A stretch of DNA of 63,513 bases, counting the filler, from Hyphochytrium catenoides (Eukaryota; Protista; Hyphochytriomycota): assembly GCA_900088475.1 (NCBI GenBank). It is 7 parts of 7 records of this genome, joined end to end, with 100 filler letters (N's around TTAATTAATTAA, not from the genome) between each part and the next. Parts side by side here need not be neighbours in the genome. Positions count along the whole stretch, not along the records: positions 56,898 to 60,660 come from FLMG01004532.1; positions 60,761 to 61,884 come from FLMG01002933.1; positions 61,985 to 63,513 come from FLMG01002409.1; 4 more parts are not named here. One strand, given 5' to 3'. This document shows, in pieces, positions 60,176 through 63,513 of the stretch. The stretch's first letter is position 1, and each line of letters opens with the position of its first letter. The notes under the pieces are model-generated. The model made no database searches and was not told the DNA's origin. It saw only the letters and a list, made by a program, of their open reading frames with translations. Position numbers and translations under genes: made by a program.

Positions 60176-60760
60176 AAGGTAGTAAATCGTACCCCGGGAC
60201 CAGCACAATTCTAAGGTTGACGTTAATTCATGATTTGTTTCCAATCACCATTTAGATAAGCTTTCTTGGTTCGAATAAATGTAAGTGCTTACGTAAGTAG
60301 GAACATGAAAGGGGTGTGAAAAGAAGCCAAAGGGACTTTGAAAACAAATGCAAACGTCGTTTATTCTGTGATTGGTCAGTTTTTGTAATCACCAAATAAT
60401 CAATTCATTGAAAGCATATTGTTCGTCTTGGGGTTCATTAGTTCCTTCTCAAAACAAGCCAAAGGGTGTATCTGTTGCACGAAAGGGGACAGGTTTTGGT
60501 ACTGTATAGTCCAATCGGACTCTAGTTCTTGTGACGCTGTACTCTGTAGTCGTTGTTCCGCTTTTCCCTATTCCCCATACTATACTGAGGAACCGAATCC
60601 ACTTTAACTGTTAGATTTTGTTATTTGATGGTGAGCACTTTGAATTAATATTGGGGGTTGNNNNNNNNNNNNNNNNNNNNNNNNNNNNNNNNNNNNNNNN
60701 NNNNTTAATTAATTAANNNNNNNNNNNNNNNNNNNNNNNNNNNNNNNNNNNNNNNNNNNN

Positions 60761-61571
60761 CCTCCTCCCCAGTGAGGACGAGGCAAGAAAGGAAGATTTT
60801 TCGAGTGAAGACGATGATGTTGACGATTGGGCAGCAGAGCTTGAGGCGGACTTATTCAGAGAATATCAAGAGTCCCGCCGGCCTCTTCCATCTCTTCCTT
60901 TCGAGATCCTCTGTCATATCTTCCGCTATTCTAAGCCTTCTGGCAAGGTCTGCAAGCACTGGGATGTGGCTTCAGTCTCAGGTTCTTACCCATTTTCTTC
61001 AAGAAAGAGCACTCATCCTTTCTATCTTCGTATTCCTCAGTCTGCCTTGCAAGTCTTGTCTCCTAAACTTTTTTTTTTAATTCTCTCTTACATCGACATC
61101 TGTCTCTCTCTCTCTCTGGCTACCTTGTGACACATGAATGACTGTCTCGCTTTCTCCCTCTTGCTGACGGTGAACAGTATCGCGAGAGAAGTGTCGAGAA
61201 GTCCTGGGTAGGGCTTTGGAACCTTATTTTGTAGAGGCGAAAGAGATGGCTACCGCCATTGAGGAAGCTCTCTTTACTCTCACAGACAGAAGGTGAGAGA
61301 AAGACATCTCATCGGCCGCAAGCTATATTTGCTATAGAAGTCCACTCAAGACAGATAGTTGAACTTCTTCTCTGCAGCTTCCTTATACTTCTTCCCATTG
61401 TCAGGATTTTGGACTCGGGATGATCGTTTCTAAGAGAGCTGTCCTCTGGGTTTTCCTCTCTTCTGCTCTTTGAGCTGATAGATCGGTGTTGTCAACTTAC
61501 GTCGCCGCTTTTCCCTTTTATCCTTTATCTAAACCCCTCCCTTCTGCTTGATCTCTCATCTTATCTCTCTC

Positions 61572-61603
<32 letters not shown>

Positions 61604-61884
61604 TTTTCTCTCTCTCTTTCTCTCTCTTTCTCTCTCTTTCTCGCTCGCCCTGTTCCTTTCTCTTTGTTCATCGTCTCTCGCTGCCGCTTAATTCTCCCGA
61701 AAGCATCAATCAAAAGTATAACATGCGGGCGCGTCATCTCATGTTCAACTTGAAGGATCCAAAGAACAATTACCTGCGGCAAAGAGTATGCACTGGGGAG
61801 CTGCCTTACACAGAGCTTGTGGCCATGGACTCAAGGGCTATGGCCTCGCCAGAGCTTATACAGCAGAGGAAGGCATGGATGAAG
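60761..61884 (+). CDS. Partial gene: F-box-like motif followed by TFIIS central (TFS2M) domain
   Basis: Exons 60761-60981, 61178-61292 and 61704-61884 splice in frame: LPSLPFEILCHIFRYSKPSGKVCKHW, then REKCREVL...ATAIEEALF...KYNMRARHLMFNLKDPKNNYLRQRV.TGEL....LVAMDSRAMASPEL. Both ends are cut by linkers. Confidence 0.78.
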
Positions 61885-63172
61885 NNNNNNNNNNNNNNNN
61901 NNNNNNNNNNNNNNNNNNNNNNNNNNNNTTAATTAATTAANNNNNNNNNNNNNNNNNNNNNNNNNNNNNNNNNNNNNNNNNNNNCTCAAAAAGCGCAGAA
62001 GCTTGGCGCCACACAATCTTCACGATGGCGAAGACCATTAGAAATAGATGAAACATTTAGTGAGCATGTTCCGAATACAGACAAGTGGCAAGAAGCAGTT
62101 TTGAGAATTTATCTAGTAACTAATACTGAGCAGTGATATCGATAACCGCCAGGATTATCGTTTAGCAGAGCTAGTGATAAACCAGTCATTTAGATTGATG
62201 ATGATTATGGCTCTGATAATCATTACTAAGATTATCGCTGACATCGAAGAGTCACAAGGAGGAGGAAAGGTTCTGCATTTTTTGCCATCTCCAGCAGCCT
62301 CTCCCTCCTCTCTTTTTAGAGAGAGAGAGACAGAGAGACAGAGGGACAGAGAGAGAGAGAGACAGAGGGACAGAGGGACAGAGAGACAGAGAGACGGAGA
62401 GACAGAGAGACAGAGAGACAGAGAGAGAGACACAGAGAGAGAGAGACACAGAGAGAAGAGAGAAGGGCAGAGGAAGAGTGAGGACGTGAGGGAAGGTGGT
62501 GGGGGAGGAGGAAAAGAAGCCATGCTCCCAAGAGCAAAAGAGAGCAGGAAGAGGAGAGAGAGGAGAGAGAGAGAGAGAAAAGAAGCCTCTGCAATTGGAG
62601 CAAAAGAGATAGGTCTGTCCTCCTCTGGCACCTGCACCTTCCTGATCGTCGCTTGCTTTGGCGTAGGCGGGGAAGGATCTTCCTTCCCCCTCGACCTTTG
62701 TACCAAGGAAGCCTTCTGGCCGTTGAAGTTCCGCGCTGATCTGAGGAGAATCCTGTTTGTCTCTCTTTCTCTATTCGATTTCCTGTCCTTCAAACAGGCG
62801 AGAAAGAGAGTCAGCGGACCCTGGAAACAGAGCTCGCGAAGCTCAAGAAGTCGAACAGATAGTGAAGAGTTCCCTAGCGACAGAGACTTCAATCCCAGAT
62901 ATAACAGGATAGAGGAAGAGGAAAATAAGAGAGGAAAAGGAACAGGAGAGAAAGTGGCAGAGAAGAGGAACGATGCCGTGGATGAGCTCTAAGATCGCTC
63001 GAGGAGGAGGCGACGAGGAAAGCAAAGAGGGATTCGATGGGTTTGTAAGGTAGGAGAGAAAAGAGTGTGAAGCTACGGAGTCTCCTTTGTCTGCACTACT
63101 GAGGGTCTTCCAATATTGGCTTTCTTTCATCTACGGAGTTCTCAATCTGCTTCAGATTCTTTCCGTTCTTGA

Positions 63173-63212
<40 letters not shown>

Positions 63213-63513
63213 GACTCTGTCTCTGTCTCTCTCTCTCTCTTCTTCATTTATCTTCTCTCTTCTTCGCTCTTCTCCTGTGCGTCGATCTCTCGCTTTCCCT
63301 CCTACTTCTCTTCTTCCCTCTCTCTGTCTTTCTGTCGTCCAACTTTGTTCTCTCTTCCACCTTTGTTCTCTCTACATCAATCACTCGCTGTTTCCTCACC
63401 GACGCTCCGCTGCTTCTCTCTCCCTCTCGCTGTCTTCCCTACAGACTGTTCATCAATCACCCAGATCACTCTGAAGCCTTTCAATGCTTGCTTCCCTACA
63501 AGCCCAGCCAGAC

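Noticed and set aside
62155-63130. Overlapping 245-272 aa ORFs on both strands
   Set aside because: Largely microsatellite-derived; coding strand and splice structure could not be established.

Overview
Eukaryotic (protist/algal-like) genomic DNA, rich in (GA/CT)n microsatellites and spliceosomal introns. The window is not contiguous: six artificial 100-nt linkers (N44-TTAATTAATTAA-N44) join seven assembly pieces, so adjacency across them is meaningless. Recognisable genes are a degenerate VTC-domain protein, a dual-specificity phosphatase, a multi-intron SDR, a tandem-CCCH zinc-finger protein, UEV/MMS2, a PCIF1-like cap methyltransferase, uroporphyrinogen-III C-methyltransferase (possibly plastid-targeted), a 7TM-RGS protein and an apparent F-box + TFIIS-central-domain fusion. 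There are also nested Copia fragments and a Helitron-like tandem duplication. The most striking unexplained system is a tandem cluster (648-13465) of four intronless paralogous multipass membrane proteins that I cannot assign to a named family. Their inferred layout is TM1, a Cys-rich ectodomain, five further TMs with a possible re-entrant loop, and a Cys-containing tail. A 1060-aa protein of similar architecture and several decayed relics suggest a birth-and-death receptor or channel superfamily. All family calls are motif recognition by eye; no searches were run.
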